64,000 bases of DNA, taken from an uncultured delta proteobacterium. Lineage in GTDB: Bacteria > Desulfobacterota > Binatia > UBA9968. A model generated the notes under the pieces. That model was not told where the DNA came from. It ran no database searches and saw only the letters and a program-made list of their open reading frames with translations. This document shows, piece after piece, positions 1-9,303 of this stretch. Made by a program: the position numbers and the translations under genes. The DNA is taken from NCBI GenBank assembly GCA_963816145.1, contig CAWFJP010000009.1, positions 1-64,000 on the forward strand, read 5' to 3'. Numbering within the stretch: the stretch's first letter is position 1; the number at the start of each line of letters is the position of its first letter.

Positions 1-62
1 CATGACCGGCTCCGGTCAGAAAAAAGGTTGTTTAAAATTTTCTAGCGAAAGGTGAGTGCACG

Positions 63-638
63 ATGTCCAAATGGAAATTCCCCCAGGATGCCACGATGAC
101 GTTCATCGCCATGCTCTTGCTTGCCGGTTGCGTCTCGCAACAAAAGTATGACGCGTCGCAACAAAAGTATGACGCGCTGGACACAGAATATCAGCAACTC
201 AACCAGACGATGTCGAAGGAGGTCGCCGCCAACCAGATGCAGATCACGCGATTGCAAAACGCCATTAAGGTCACGGTCAACAGTGAGCTGCTGTTTCCCT
301 CGGGCGGCTGGCAAATGCCGGTTGAAGCGCAGCAGACCATCGGCAAAATCATTCCGATCCTAGGCCCCAATCAGAAAAGCAAGATTAGCGTGAACGGCTA
401 TACCGACAATGTCCCGATCGGCCCGGGGCTCATGCGCGAGGGTATCACCAGCAACCTGGTGCTGTCCCAGAAGCGAGCCGACAACGTGATGCAGTTCATG
501 ATCTCGCGGGGCGTCAACCCCAGCATGGTGTCCGCGCAGGGTTTCGGCGAGAAAGACCCCGTGGCCTCGAACGACACGCCGGAGGGCCGAGCGAAGAACC
601 GGCGCGTGGAACTGACGGTGGCTGGTTCGGGCAACTGA
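63..638 (+). CDS. OmpA/MotB-family peptidoglycan-binding lipoprotein
   Basis: Lipobox LLAGC, short coiled coil, OmpA C-domain motifs LLFPSG, GYTDN, LSQKRA, G.GE..P.A.N....GRAKNRRVE. The true start may be the ATG at ~96. Confidence 0.88.
   Translation: MSKWKFPQDATMTFIAMLLLAGCVSQQKYDASQQKYDALDTEYQQLNQTMSKEVAANQMQITRLQNAIKVTVNSELLFPSGGWQMPVEAQQTIGKIIPILGPNQKSKISVNGYTDNVPIGPGLMREGITSNLVLSQKRADNVMQFMISRGVNPSMVSAQGFGEKDPVASNDTPEGRAKNRRVELTVAGSGN
135..176 (+). repeat. Perfect 21-bp tandem duplication inside the OmpA gene
   Basis: tcgcaacaaaagtatgacgcg x2, encoding SQQKYDA-SQQKYDA. Confidence 0.95.
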
Positions 639-758
639 ACCAGGCGGCCTTGCTGGTCGCCGCGAGCAGCCGTCAATCCGGCCTCACAGGAGCAAACGTC
701 CTCATCCCGAGTTCGGCATGACCCTGCATCTGGTCACGCACGCTATGGAGGGAGTTTT

Positions 759-873
759 GTGAAGATTATCAGCTTGCTGCTGTTGTTCGTGCCGGTGGCC
801 GTGGCCCTGGAACATCTGGCATCCGACTAACGTCTGTGGGTCTTCCTCGCCGCGGCACTGGCGCTCGTGCCTG
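759..873 (+). pseudogene. Ca2+/H+ antiporter (ChaA/Cax) N-terminal fragment
   Basis: RBS GGAGG then GTG: MKIISLLLLFVPVAVALEHLASD*RLWVFLAAALALVP. It has an in-frame stop and is then truncated. Confidence 0.65.
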
Positions 874-874
874 A

Positions 875-960
875 CCATTACAGCAAAAACCTTATCGAAA
901 CCATCCGAATCGCGCACCTCCCAACACCGAACAGTCAAACCCAGCGCACGCGCCGCGATA
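875..960 (-). pseudogene. Internal fragment of an ABC_sub_bind-type substrate-binding protein
   Basis: AARALGLTVRCWEVRDSDGFDKVFA resembles the family segment AARALGLQLQSLEVR..DDF..AF. Confidence 0.55.
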
Positions 961-1064
961 CTTACACTTCCGAAAACCGTCGCCGTTTTTCGCCACGTTG
1001 GAAATAGTTTGTTGGTCATTTATTTGTCTTACTCTCGTAATCCCGCCATTGGCTTAAGCCTAAT

Positions 1065-2615
1065 CTATAGTTGGTCCTCAATCGGCAGCATGCCGATGAG
1101 GCCGACTAAAAACCGGTACAAGAAACTTGTTTCCGGATCTGTGTCGTACTCCACTATCTCCCCGTTCTTCTCAGTGCTCCAGACCAGATTATCGTTCTTG
1201 TCGAGCGTGACGTGAAAGGCGCTGCCGGGGGCGACCCCTTCGTCCATCAATTCTCCCACCTGGCCGGCAATCTCCGGACTGTCGATCATCACACCGATTT
1301 CGGTGTTGAGGGCGTGCGATCGCGGGTCGAGATTAAAACTGCCGATGAACACGGACTTGCGGTCGAAGACAAGGGACTTGGCATGCAACGCAGCTCGCGA
1401 TTCACCCGCCAGAAGCGACCAATGCCTTTCCATGTCGCTATCCGGACGCAGTTCGTACAACTCGACGCCGGCATTGAGCACTTTCTTGCGCGTATTGACA
1501 TAGCCCGCAAGCGCCGGGAGCACGTCATGAGAGGCCGCGGAATTGGTCAACACACGCACCTTGACACCTCGGGCCGTGAGTTGTCGCACCCTTTCGATAG
1601 TCGGGTCGCCGAGCACAAAATACGGCGACTCTATCAACAGTTCATGCTCCACCTGACTGGCCCGTTCGCGGAGTGCCAAAGCGATGACGTTGTCCGCATT
1701 ACTGTCAACCCTGGAGGGCTGCTCGACCAAAACTTTTCCCGGCGCCCATATGAAACTGTCCCGAATTCGGACCAAGCGCTCGCGCAGGCCAGCGAGCTGT
1801 TCGTCGATGGGATACGGATAGCCGGTGGCGGCGAGTTTTTCCGCTAGCCGTTTCCTCAAATCCTGCAAATCCTCTTCGGTGGCGAGATCTTCCACGACCG
1901 CAGCGACGGGTAGTGCCCACTCGCTGTTCCAGAACATATCGAAGCTGGCCGATATCTCGTTGACGATCGGGCCGGCGTTCATGACATCGAGATCGCGATA
2001 GTTATGGTCCTTCTGTACGCCGAAATAGACATCTGCGATGTTGCGTCCGCCGACAATTCCCACGGCGTTGTCCATGACGAACAGCTTGTTGTGCATCCGG
2101 TGGTTGACGCGGCCAAACTCGGCCAACATGCTCATCATGCGCCAACGCCGGTTCCGGACCGGGTTGAAGAAACGGATCTCGATATTGGGATGGGCGTCGA
2201 GCGCCGCAATGTTGTTGTCTCTGCTCTCGCTCATATAATGGTCGTCGATCAACAAGCGCACACGGACGCCGCGGTCCGCGGCACGCAGCAGATGGTCGGC
2301 CAAGATCAGGCCGGTGGTGTCGCCATCCCAGATGTAGTACTGCCCATCGAGCGTCTTTTCGGCTAAGTCGGCCATCGCCAGCCGAGCCATAAACGCCGTC
2401 GCGCCTTCCCGAATAATAGAGAAGCCGGATAGTCCTGGATGTTTGTCGGCCGCTTCCTGAAACAGCGCGCCGACGGAAGTGGATTGCGGATATGCGAAAG
2501 TATTTGACGGAGTGCGCGGATAATTCCAGTTGATCGCGGGACTGCATGCGCTCACAAGCAAGGCAACTACGAGAATCGGGAACATGCTTTTGGAAAAGTG
2601 ATATTGAGCAATCAT
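1065..2615 (-). CDS. clsC: Phospholipase D family, cardiolipin synthase ClsC/YmdC-like lipoprotein
   Basis: Two HKD motifs (RMHNKLFVMD, LHAKSLVFD), GGRNIAD.YF, GSFNLDPRS...NTE, lipobox LVSAC. Confidence 0.88.
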   Translation of the reverse strand: MIAQYHFSKSMFPILVVALLVSACSPAINWNYPRTPSNTFAYPQSTSVGALFQEAADKHPGLSGFSIIREGATAFMARLAMADLAEKTLDGQYYIWDGDTTGLILADHLLRAADRGVRVRLLIDDHYMSESRDNNIAALDAHPNIEIRFFNPVRNRRWRMMSMLAEFGRVNHRMHNKLFVMDNAVGIVGGRNIADVYFGVQKDHNYRDLDVMNAGPIVNEISASFDMFWNSEWALPVAAVVEDLATEEDLQDLRKRLAEKLAATGYPYPIDEQLAGLRERLVRIRDSFIWAPGKVLVEQPSRVDSNADNVIALALRERASQVEHELLIESPYFVLGDPTIERVRQLTARGVKVRVLTNSAASHDVLPALAGYVNTRKKVLNAGVELYELRPDSDMERHWSLLAGESRAALHAKSLVFDRKSVFIGSFNLDPRSHALNTEIGVMIDSPEIAGQVGELMDEGVAPGSAFHVTLDKNDNLVWSTEKNGEIVEYDTDPETSFLYRFLVGLIGMLPIEDQL

Positions 2616-2712
2616 TTTTCACCTCTCTGGTTAAAACACGGCGATGTTATGTCCTTCTATGTCGCCAAGCTCGCGCAGAGCCAGCCGAACCCGATCAGAA
2701 CGGTCGGACTCA

Positions 2713-2841
2713 CTAGCTGAATGGCCCGACGGCTAGATACCCTATCCAAGGGACTTTCTTCCGCTGCTCGGCCTCGACTATGATCGTAACAGCAAACAAC
2801 ACCACTGCAACAAGGATTGATGGCAGCGCAGCCCTCTTCAT
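2713..2841 (-). pseudogene. N-terminal fragment of an ABC_sub_bind-type substrate-binding protein
   Basis: RBS GAGG then MKRAALPSILVAVVLFAVTIIVEAEQRKKVPWIGYLAVGPFS*, matching the family start AEAQQ.KKVPRIGYL. Confidence 0.65.
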
Positions 2842-3144
2842 TGCGCACCTCGTTCGAGGGTTATTTATCACGCGGATAGAGATAAAGGAAAGTGTGAGTT
2901 ACACGGCGGAAGGCGACTGGTATTAGCTGAGTCAGAAGGCCAGAATCAGCCTGAGATTGAATCGAACCCCGCAGACAAAATTCACAAGACTTGTTCAATG
3001 GAGAAATCAGTTCAATCTCAAGGCTGGATTGAGGCGGTGAAGAAGGTGTATGAAAATGGCGGCAATGTCTTTGCCGGACATCTGCAAGAGAAATATCCAC
3101 ATTTGTATGAACAAGGCATACGTGGCCGTGCCCTTCCCTGCTGG

Positions 3145-3276
3145 GAGGCTGTGTCGCAATGCGCAAATGCCCCACATCTGTCATCCCGAGCGCAGCGAGG
3201 GATCTCGTTTTTTCAGCCACATACGAAGAAGAGATTTCTCGGCTTCACCTCGAAATGACAGTTACGACACAGCCTC
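3145..3276 (+). mobile_element. 132-bp MITE, copy 1 (TSD TGG)
   Basis: Terminal inverted repeats gaggctgtgtcg / cgacacagcctc, flanked by TGG on both sides. Near-identical to 60639-60770 and 62415-62546. Confidence 0.92.
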
Positions 3277-3545
3277 TGGACGTAGAAGTGCATATTCGCT
3301 TTCTGGTGGCGCTGCCGCTGTTGATCGTTGCGGAGCTTGTGATTCACCAGCGCATGCGTTTCGTGGTGAGGCAATTTCTGGAGCGCAATTTGATGCCCGA
3401 GAGCGGCTTGACGCGGTTCGAGGCCGCCATCACTTCGGCCTTCCGGCTGCGCAACTCAGTGCTCGCCGAGGTGCTGCTGATCGCTTTCGTCTATGTCGTC
3501 GGTATCCTGATAATCTGGCGCCACTACATTGTACTTGCCACCGCG
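3277..3545 (+). pseudogene. Fragment paralogous to the membrane protein at 43669-44916, interrupted by the MITE
   Basis: LDVEVHIRFLVALPLLIVAELVIHQRMRFVVRQFLERNL...WRHYIVLATAT is near-identical to a segment of 43669-44916. Confidence 0.9.
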
Positions 3546-3598
3546 ACGCCTCCTGTGATCCGCTTACCAGACCCCAGTCCTGATCGGGTCAAGGGAGG

Positions 3599-4522
3599 GT
3601 GGAAAATAGATTGTTTACAAAACTTCCTATCGTAACGTGGCTGCTCGCAGACCGGCGCGAGTGGCTACACGCCGACATGGTAGCGGGTCTGGCTGGCGCC
3701 GCCGTGGCGATACCGAAGGCGCTGGCTTACGCAGTCATCACGGTGGCTGCATTTTTCGCCATCCGTGCTGTGCCCGCGCTCGCGCAGGACGCACAAGAGC
3801 TTGCAAGGGCCGCAAAGAACCCACTCGCGAACTTGATTAGTGTGTCGATTTTCTACGATGCCAGCTTCGCTGGAGGTTTGGAGAGCAAGACGGAGCATGT
3901 GCTGACCCTCCAGCCGGTAATTCCATTCGCCGTAAGCAGCGATTGGAGCCTTATCACGCGCACGATCATGCCACTGATCGCGCAGCCAGGGCAGGCCGCC
4001 GGCGAGGGCTGGACTAGCGGGCTTGGCGACATCCAGGTTTCGGCCTTTCTTTCGCCAGCACGGGCCGAGCGGCTGGTCTGGGGTGTCGGCCCAGTGTTGC
4101 AGATCCCGAGCGCAACTAACAGCGCATTGGGCCAGGGCAAATGGGGTGCTGGCCCGACCGCCGCGGCGGAGTGGTTTGGCGAGCAGTGGACGTTCGGCGC
4201 GTTGATCAACAACACCTTCTCGTTTGCCGGCAGCGGTAGTAGACCGGCCGTAAACCAGATGGAGTTGCAGCCGCTCGTCAACTACAATTTTGCGGACAAC
4301 CCGGGCCGGTATCTTAGCTTTTCGCCGATCGTCACCGCGAACTGGAAGGCGAACGGCAGCGACCGTTGGACGGTGCCGCTTAGCCTGGGCATCGGCCAGC
4401 TCGTGAAGTTCGGCAACCAGCCGATCCTTCTTCAGGCAACCGCCTATTACAATGTCGTCAAGCCGGCCGACGCTGCCAAATGGACAATCGAACTGGCGGT
4501 TCAATTTCTGTTTCCGCAATAA
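3599..4522 (+). CDS. Putative outer-membrane beta-barrel ('neuromedin U'-annotated transporter family) fused to a SulP N-terminal shard
   Basis: ELARAAKNPLANLISV, LQPVIPF, RTIMPLI.QP, GLGDI, WGVGP, WTVPL.LG, C-terminal FLFP. The first ~45 aa are SulP-like. Confidence 0.72.
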   Translation: MENRLFTKLPIVTWLLADRREWLHADMVAGLAGAAVAIPKALAYAVITVAAFFAIRAVPALAQDAQELARAAKNPLANLISVSIFYDASFAGGLESKTEHVLTLQPVIPFAVSSDWSLITRTIMPLIAQPGQAAGEGWTSGLGDIQVSAFLSPARAERLVWGVGPVLQIPSATNSALGQGKWGAGPTAAAEWFGEQWTFGALINNTFSFAGSGSRPAVNQMELQPLVNYNFADNPGRYLSFSPIVTANWKANGSDRWTVPLSLGIGQLVKFGNQPILLQATAYYNVVKPADAAKWTIELAVQFLFPQ

Positions 4523-4739
4523 AGCAGCGCAACGCGACCCTCCCGCGTGCAGCGGCGGGCGCGATCATGGCCATGGTGGTGCCCGTGTTGTGTCGGTGGG
4601 AGCACATTTCCATAGGACATGGAAGCTGCCGGATTTTGAGAAGGTGAAGTAAGCAAAGAAGTGACGAGCGAAAACAAAGGAGAGTAATGCGAGTAAGATA
4701 CGGTCTGACTGGATCGTAAACGCTAGCCGGAGTCGCGTC

Positions 4740-5519
4740 TCACTGTGCGCGAAAAACGATCGGCCCGATAAAGGATTCGGCCATCGAGTGGGTGTCATTC
4801 GAGTCGATCGAAATCGTGACGGCCTTGGGATCATCGGGCAATTGGCCGAATATCTTCGCATAGTCCTCGGCGACATTGCGCCGTTCCGTCAGCCACTTGC
4901 CGAGGTCTTTTGATCCGGACCGCAGCACCACAAACGTGACCGTCCCGGTCTTTTGGCTCTTGATGATTGTCGCCGCGGGAGTCGTCGCGTCCCAGACATA
5001 GCCGATAATTCGCGAGCGAAGGAGTTCGGGAAACCGCGGCCATACGACATAGAGTTGGGCGGCCATATCGGTGGTTTCTATCCGCCGTAAGTCGCCGCCC
5101 GTCGGTAGCATGGTGGCCTTCCAGGTCCATTCCAGGATTGGGGTTTCCTTCAGGTTCACTTTGCCTGTGATGTCTTTTGCGATGGTCGAATGCTCGTTTC
5201 GACTCTGAAGGTGAAGAAACCGCCTGTCGCTGTCTTGCTCGATCGTGAAGTCGTAGGCGGCAGGCCGTCCAAAGGCTTCGCCCGTCCAGCCCGAAGGAAT
5301 ACCTCTTCGGTTTACCGCATCCGTCGTCCAGTCCTCGATCACGACGACGCGACCAGTGCCTGCCGCCGTGAGAAGTGTAAGGAAAGCGGCGGATATCAAA
5401 ACCACCCACACAGCACTAGACTTCAGCAAACCACGACAGAACATTACACGCTCCAACTCGTCATAGCGCTCTCGCGGCAAAAAACCCGTGGATCGATGCC
5501 TCTCGTTGACGCTCCCCAA
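4740..5519 (-). CDS. DUF3047 domain protein
   Basis: PILEWTWK, GGD....DMAAQLYV, IGYVWD, W..ERRNV.EDY..IFG, DSNDT. The start is probably downstream of 5519. Confidence 0.8.
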   Translation of the reverse strand: MGSVNERHRSTGFLPRERYDELERVMFCRGLLKSSAVWVVLISAAFLTLLTAAGTGRVVVIEDWTTDAVNRRGIPSGWTGEAFGRPAAYDFTIEQDSDRRFLHLQSRNEHSTIAKDITGKVNLKETPILEWTWKATMLPTGGDLRRIETTDMAAQLYVVWPRFPELLRSRIIGYVWDATTPAATIIKSQKTGTVTFVVLRSGSKDLGKWLTERRNVAEDYAKIFGQLPDDPKAVTISIDSNDTHSMAESFIGPIVFRAQ

Positions 5520-5685
5520 AGCTTTATGTCACCTTTGAGCTGTGACTGATAGCCGCAACATCAATTTGAATCCATACAGGAACGACAGCACGAATCAACG
5601 CAAATCTCAGGAAAAATCGCGCGCCATCCGCTATAGCTTAATCGTAGGCATAGGCGGCAAATCCGGTCCACCGGGAATGACTTGT

Positions 5686-5705
5686 CCATAGCCAAACGGC
5701 TATGG
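5686..5705. promoter_or_regulatory. Perfect 8-bp inverted repeat in a divergent intergenic region (possible operator)
   Basis: ccatagcc-aaac-ggctatgg. Confidence 0.3.
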
Positions 5706-5730
5706 GAAAATGAATCTTGCTACCCGGGGG

Positions 5731-5847
5731 CACAATCAAATCAACCTTTAGACAAACTAACTCCTCCGCAAGCTCGGCCAGGCGCTCAAACTTTTGATCG
5801 GCAAACCGGTACTCGATGGTGATATTCTTTTCCTCAATCCAGCCAAG
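5731..5847 (-). pseudogene. Third fragment of an ABC_sub_bind-type substrate-binding protein
   Basis: LGWIEEKNITIEYRFADQKFERLAELAEELVCLKVDLIV matches the family motif GYVEGKNI.IEYR.A.G..ERLPELAAELVRLKVDVIV. Confidence 0.75.
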
Positions 5848-6102
5848 GTGGGAGAATACAGTTCAATCCTACGCTGCTTGATGAGCAAAAAACGGCGACC
5901 TGATGGGGACCGCCCGCTAGGTTGTGAGATAGATTTCATTTGAGTGTGCGACTCAGCTTTATGCGCAAACTCCTCAACAGCGCAGTCTCAACCAAACACT
6001 CGTGCGGTTGACATCTCCCAGGGCCGGCGATATTTCTCCGTTCAGAAAAAAAGCTGGTTTAAATTTCCTATACATAATGTTTTCTCAACCCGGGAGATAA
6101 CC

Positions 6103-6852
6103 ATGGTACGAAAGATTCTGGTGCTCTGCGTGCTGGCAATGTCGCTTGCGGCACCGAGCATCTATGCGCAGACTGCGCCGGCGAGTGCTGTCGATCCGGC
6201 GTCGATTCAGGCCGTCAAGGACATGGGTGCGTTCTTGCAGAGACTGAAGCGCTTTCGGGTGTCGACCGAACTGACCGGCGAGCGCGTTCTGGCCGATGGC
6301 CAAAAGCTGCAGCACACGGCGACGGCCGATATGGACGTCGAGCGTCCGAACAAGATCCGCGCCCTGATGCATAGCGCCCGTTCCGAACGCGAGATCGTCT
6401 ACGACGGCAAGACGGTCACACTCTATACGCCGGCGCAAAAGTATTACTCGACGGTCGAATTCACCGACACGATCGGCAAACTGATCGAGCGGCTGGAGGA
6501 AAGGTACGGTGTGGAACTCCCGTTGTCGGATCTCTTCCTCTGGGGTACCCCAGCCGCGCCAGTCGACAAGATCGAATCGGCAATGAATGCCGGCCAGGAT
6601 TTCGTCGGCGACGATCTCTGTAACCACTACGCCTTCCGGCAGGCCAAGGCCGACTGGCAGATCTGGATTACCACCGGGAGCAGACCGCTGCCACGCAAGC
6701 TCGTGATCACCAATCGCGCCGACGAAGCGCGCCCGCAGTCGGTTTCCCTGATCGACTGGAATTTGAAACCCACCTTCAAGGACACGGTTTTCAAGTTCAC
6801 GCCGCCCAAGGGTGCGTCCAAGATCGAGATTGTTCCGGTAAAAACAAAATAG
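6103..6852 (+). CDS. DUF2092 periplasmic protein
   Basis: RBS GGAG then ATG 6103, signal peptide, GQKLQ, V.RPNK, YDGKT.TLY.P, C.HYAFRQ...DWQIWI..G..PLPRKLVIT. Confidence 0.85.
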   Translation: MVRKILVLCVLAMSLAAPSIYAQTAPASAVDPASIQAVKDMGAFLQRLKRFRVSTELTGERVLADGQKLQHTATADMDVERPNKIRALMHSARSEREIVYDGKTVTLYTPAQKYYSTVEFTDTIGKLIERLEERYGVELPLSDLFLWGTPAAPVDKIESAMNAGQDFVGDDLCNHYAFRQAKADWQIWITTGSRPLPRKLVITNRADEARPQSVSLIDWNLKPTFKDTVFKFTPPKGASKIEIVPVKTK

Positions 6853-6864
6853 AGGAGCGCCAAC

Positions 6865-7398
6865 ATGAAGAGATCATGCGCTAAGTTGCTTCCGGCCTCG
6901 TTGACCGCACTCGTTCTCGCCAGCTTCGCCATGGACCCCTACGCTGATGCCGCCGCGGCTCGGGGCGGCGGCGGTGGGGGCGGTGGGGGAGCTCGCGCCG
7001 CAGGCGGCGGTGGTGGTGGCGGCGCTCGCGCTGCAGGCGCCGGTGGCGGCGCCGCCAGGCAGAGTGCGCAGGTCGACAACAGCAGGGCTGATGCCCGTAC
7101 CAACAATGTCCGCAGCACTAGCGTCAATAACGTCAACGTCGACCGCGACGTCAACGTCAATGTCGAAGGTCATGGCGGTTGCTGTGGCGGTTGGGACAAT
7201 GACTACCATCCGGTCGCGACTGCAGCGGCGGTTACTGCTGGCGTCGCCGTGACTTCCGCCGTCGTCGGCTCGCTGGTGCGAAGCGTGCCGCCAAGTTGTG
7301 TGCCGGTGAACTACGGTGGCATGGTCTATCAACAGTGCGGCAGCACCTGGTATCAGCCCCAGGGATCGCAGTACGTCGTGGTCAATCCACCGTATTGA
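6865..7398 (+). CDS. Secreted Gly-rich protein with C-terminal Cys pair (DUF2092 partner)
   Basis: RBS GAGGAG, signal peptide, poly-Gly, NVNV repeats, PPSC..V..GG..YQQCGSTWYQP. Confidence 0.75.
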   Translation: MKRSCAKLLPASLTALVLASFAMDPYADAAAARGGGGGGGGGARAAGGGGGGGARAAGAGGGAARQSAQVDNSRADARTNNVRSTSVNNVNVDRDVNVNVEGHGGCCGGWDNDYHPVATAAAVTAGVAVTSAVVGSLVRSVPPSCVPVNYGGMVYQQCGSTWYQPQGSQYVVVNPPY

Positions 7399-7502
7399 TC
7401 GCAAATGAGCTGTTGGTAAGGGTAGCGCCGACCGAATCCGCTGATGCCGGCCTGCGTAGTCGCAGCGAGCACGAATTCGGACGGCAAACGAATTGGGAGA
7501 AC

Positions 7503-7578
7503 CTGGAGCCGCTGGAATTCATGCAGCGCCCTGATGCCCCGTCCGCGGTTACATCGCTTCCATGGCGTGTTGGCGCCG
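7503..7578 (+). mobile_element. IS91/ISCR (Y2) transposase remnant
   Basis: LEPLEFMQR / LMPRPRLHRFHGVLAP (frameshifted) matches the IS91 C-terminal motif PLEF.QRLAALVPRPRLHL.RFHGVLAP. Confidence 0.7.
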
Positions 7579-7845
7579 CTCGCTCTGACTTCGAGCGTGC
7601 GGCGCGATCGGGAACACTTCGCGCGCAACCGATCGCTACGCCGCGCAAGCCAGCCGAAGCAACATTGGGATATTGATCAACCAGAAAGATGGTTGACAGC
7701 TCGCCGGGCTGGCGATATAGCTCTGATCAGAATAAAAGGTGGTTTAAGTTCCGCATACAGACAGTCCCACCGCTGTGCAACTCGGATGAAGCGGTGGGCG
7801 CAACCGATCTCCGGCTAACGGGGATCAGAAAGAACAGGAGAACGA

Positions 7846-8253
7846 ATGAAGGCAAGATACCTAGGTGGGGGCATTGGACTCGCGTCCGTCGTCCTGCTGG
7901 CCGCCCTTGGCAGCGCCAGCGCTGACCAGTGGTTCGTGCTCAGCGAGAAGGTGGTCAAGACCATGGATCCAAGCACGGAGATCAAGGCCGAAGCGGGGAA
8001 GATTTGGAAGGAGGACATCAAGAAGACGAAGATTTCGGTCGAGGGCGCTGACGTGGAGATCACGAAGGTCGTGCTCCGCTGGAAGGGTCGTAAGGACGAC
8101 ACCATCACGAAAGTCGGAGTCGTGAAGTCGGGAGGAGCAACGGCTGAGAAGGACGCTCCGGGACGCGAGGCGACCCTCACGTCGGTGGCGGTCCAGTACA
8201 AGATCCTCGATAATAAACCGACGGCCACTCTCAAAGTTTGGGGATACGACTGA
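7846..8253 (+). CDS. Small secreted hypothetical protein
   Basis: RBS AGGAG, signal peptide ending ASA, coding-like codon usage. Confidence 0.7.
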   Translation: MKARYLGGGIGLASVVLLAALGSASADQWFVLSEKVVKTMDPSTEIKAEAGKIWKEDIKKTKISVEGADVEITKVVLRWKGRKDDTITKVGVVKSGGATAEKDAPGREATLTSVAVQYKILDNKPTATLKVWGYD

Positions 8254-8544
8254 GCGGGGTGAGAACACCGCCAGCGGACATGTAGCCGCGATCAACGCGC
8301 CAAAGGCGAGGCGATCAGGGTTCACGTTTGCTGGAGTCAAGCACGGCTGCGGCGTTCACGTCCCACGGGCACGGGTGGCGAGGCTTCGGCAGACCGAAGC
8401 ACGCCATCCCGCCATGCCCGGCTTCGATATCGAGTCGATCCCGGTTCGACAACGCTAGCCGAGCGGGCCGAAGCGAAGCACCTGCCAGCCCACCCGTCGC
8501 AACCGGCGGTGACCATTCCCTCACGACAGGACATGGGTCGAAAT

Positions 8545-8810
8545 AGGATCAGACTTCCACGAATCAACTATCTTCCCAAGCCGCTCGATCTCCCGCTTCT
8601 CCTATATATCGCCTGCCAATCGCTCATTCATGCGACTCAACATCGTGGCAATCGTGGCTGCGTCTCGCCCTAAATACCCCGCCACGTCCTTCAAACGATA
8701 CCCATCCGGCGCACCAACACATAGGCAACCTGCTTGCGCGCCTTCGATACCCGCCCAACTCTGGACCGCTCTGCGCAGCAAGCACCGAGACTTCAATATC
8801 CAATTATCTA
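8545..8810 (-). pseudogene. C-terminal DnaA-like HTH fragment of a REP-associated (Y1) tyrosine transposase
   Basis: VSKARKQVAYVLVRRM / GYRLKDVAGYLGRDAATIATMLSRMNERL, with a frameshift and an internal stop. Confidence 0.55.
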
Positions 8811-8907
8811 CCCAGGTTTCTTGCGTCGCTGTCGATCCGGCTCTTCGCTTTCGGGCCGCGGCACCTCGACATCTTTTTCGGCTCCCATGGATTCGGCAAA
8901 CGCCTGA

Positions 8908-9186
8908 ACACTCGGCTCTTATCGAGGCGAAAAAATGGTTTACGACCGCGACCGGTCAGATGGAGAATCTGCGGAGGTCGACACGCGGGTTGTTGGCGGC
9001 CAGGGAGATCCGATCAAAATCGGCTACAAGCTCCATCTCACAAGTGGACAGTGGATGGTTTACGATGCGGTTATCGATGACGTCAGCGTGGTTGAAAATT
9101 ATCGCTCTCAGTTCGCGCGATTTCTTCGGACGGCGTCGTTGGAGCAACTGATTCAAAACCTGCGCGCTAAGGTGCCCGGCCATTAG
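8908..9186 (+). pseudogene. mlaC: MlaC/Ttg2D phospholipid-binding protein, C-terminal fragment
   Basis: YRGEKMVY...VDTRV...IGYKLH....W.VYDAVIDDVSVVENYRSQF. The frame is closed upstream at 8905. Confidence 0.75.
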
Positions 9187-9303
9187 ATGAAAGCGGTCGG
9201 TTGGCCCGGGACGTGTTTAGTCTTGGACACTAAGTTAGGTTGAACTGGCGGTATCGGTAAGCTTAGGAACAAAGTCAAATTTAGCAATCCAAGGAGGACG
9301 AAA

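Noticed and set aside
6955-7055. GGC-rich repeat as a separate element
   Set aside because: It encodes the poly-Gly segment of 6865-7398.
9205-9250. Possible IS3-like end (ggacactaagttag)
   Set aside because: Too short, with no partner end or transposase.
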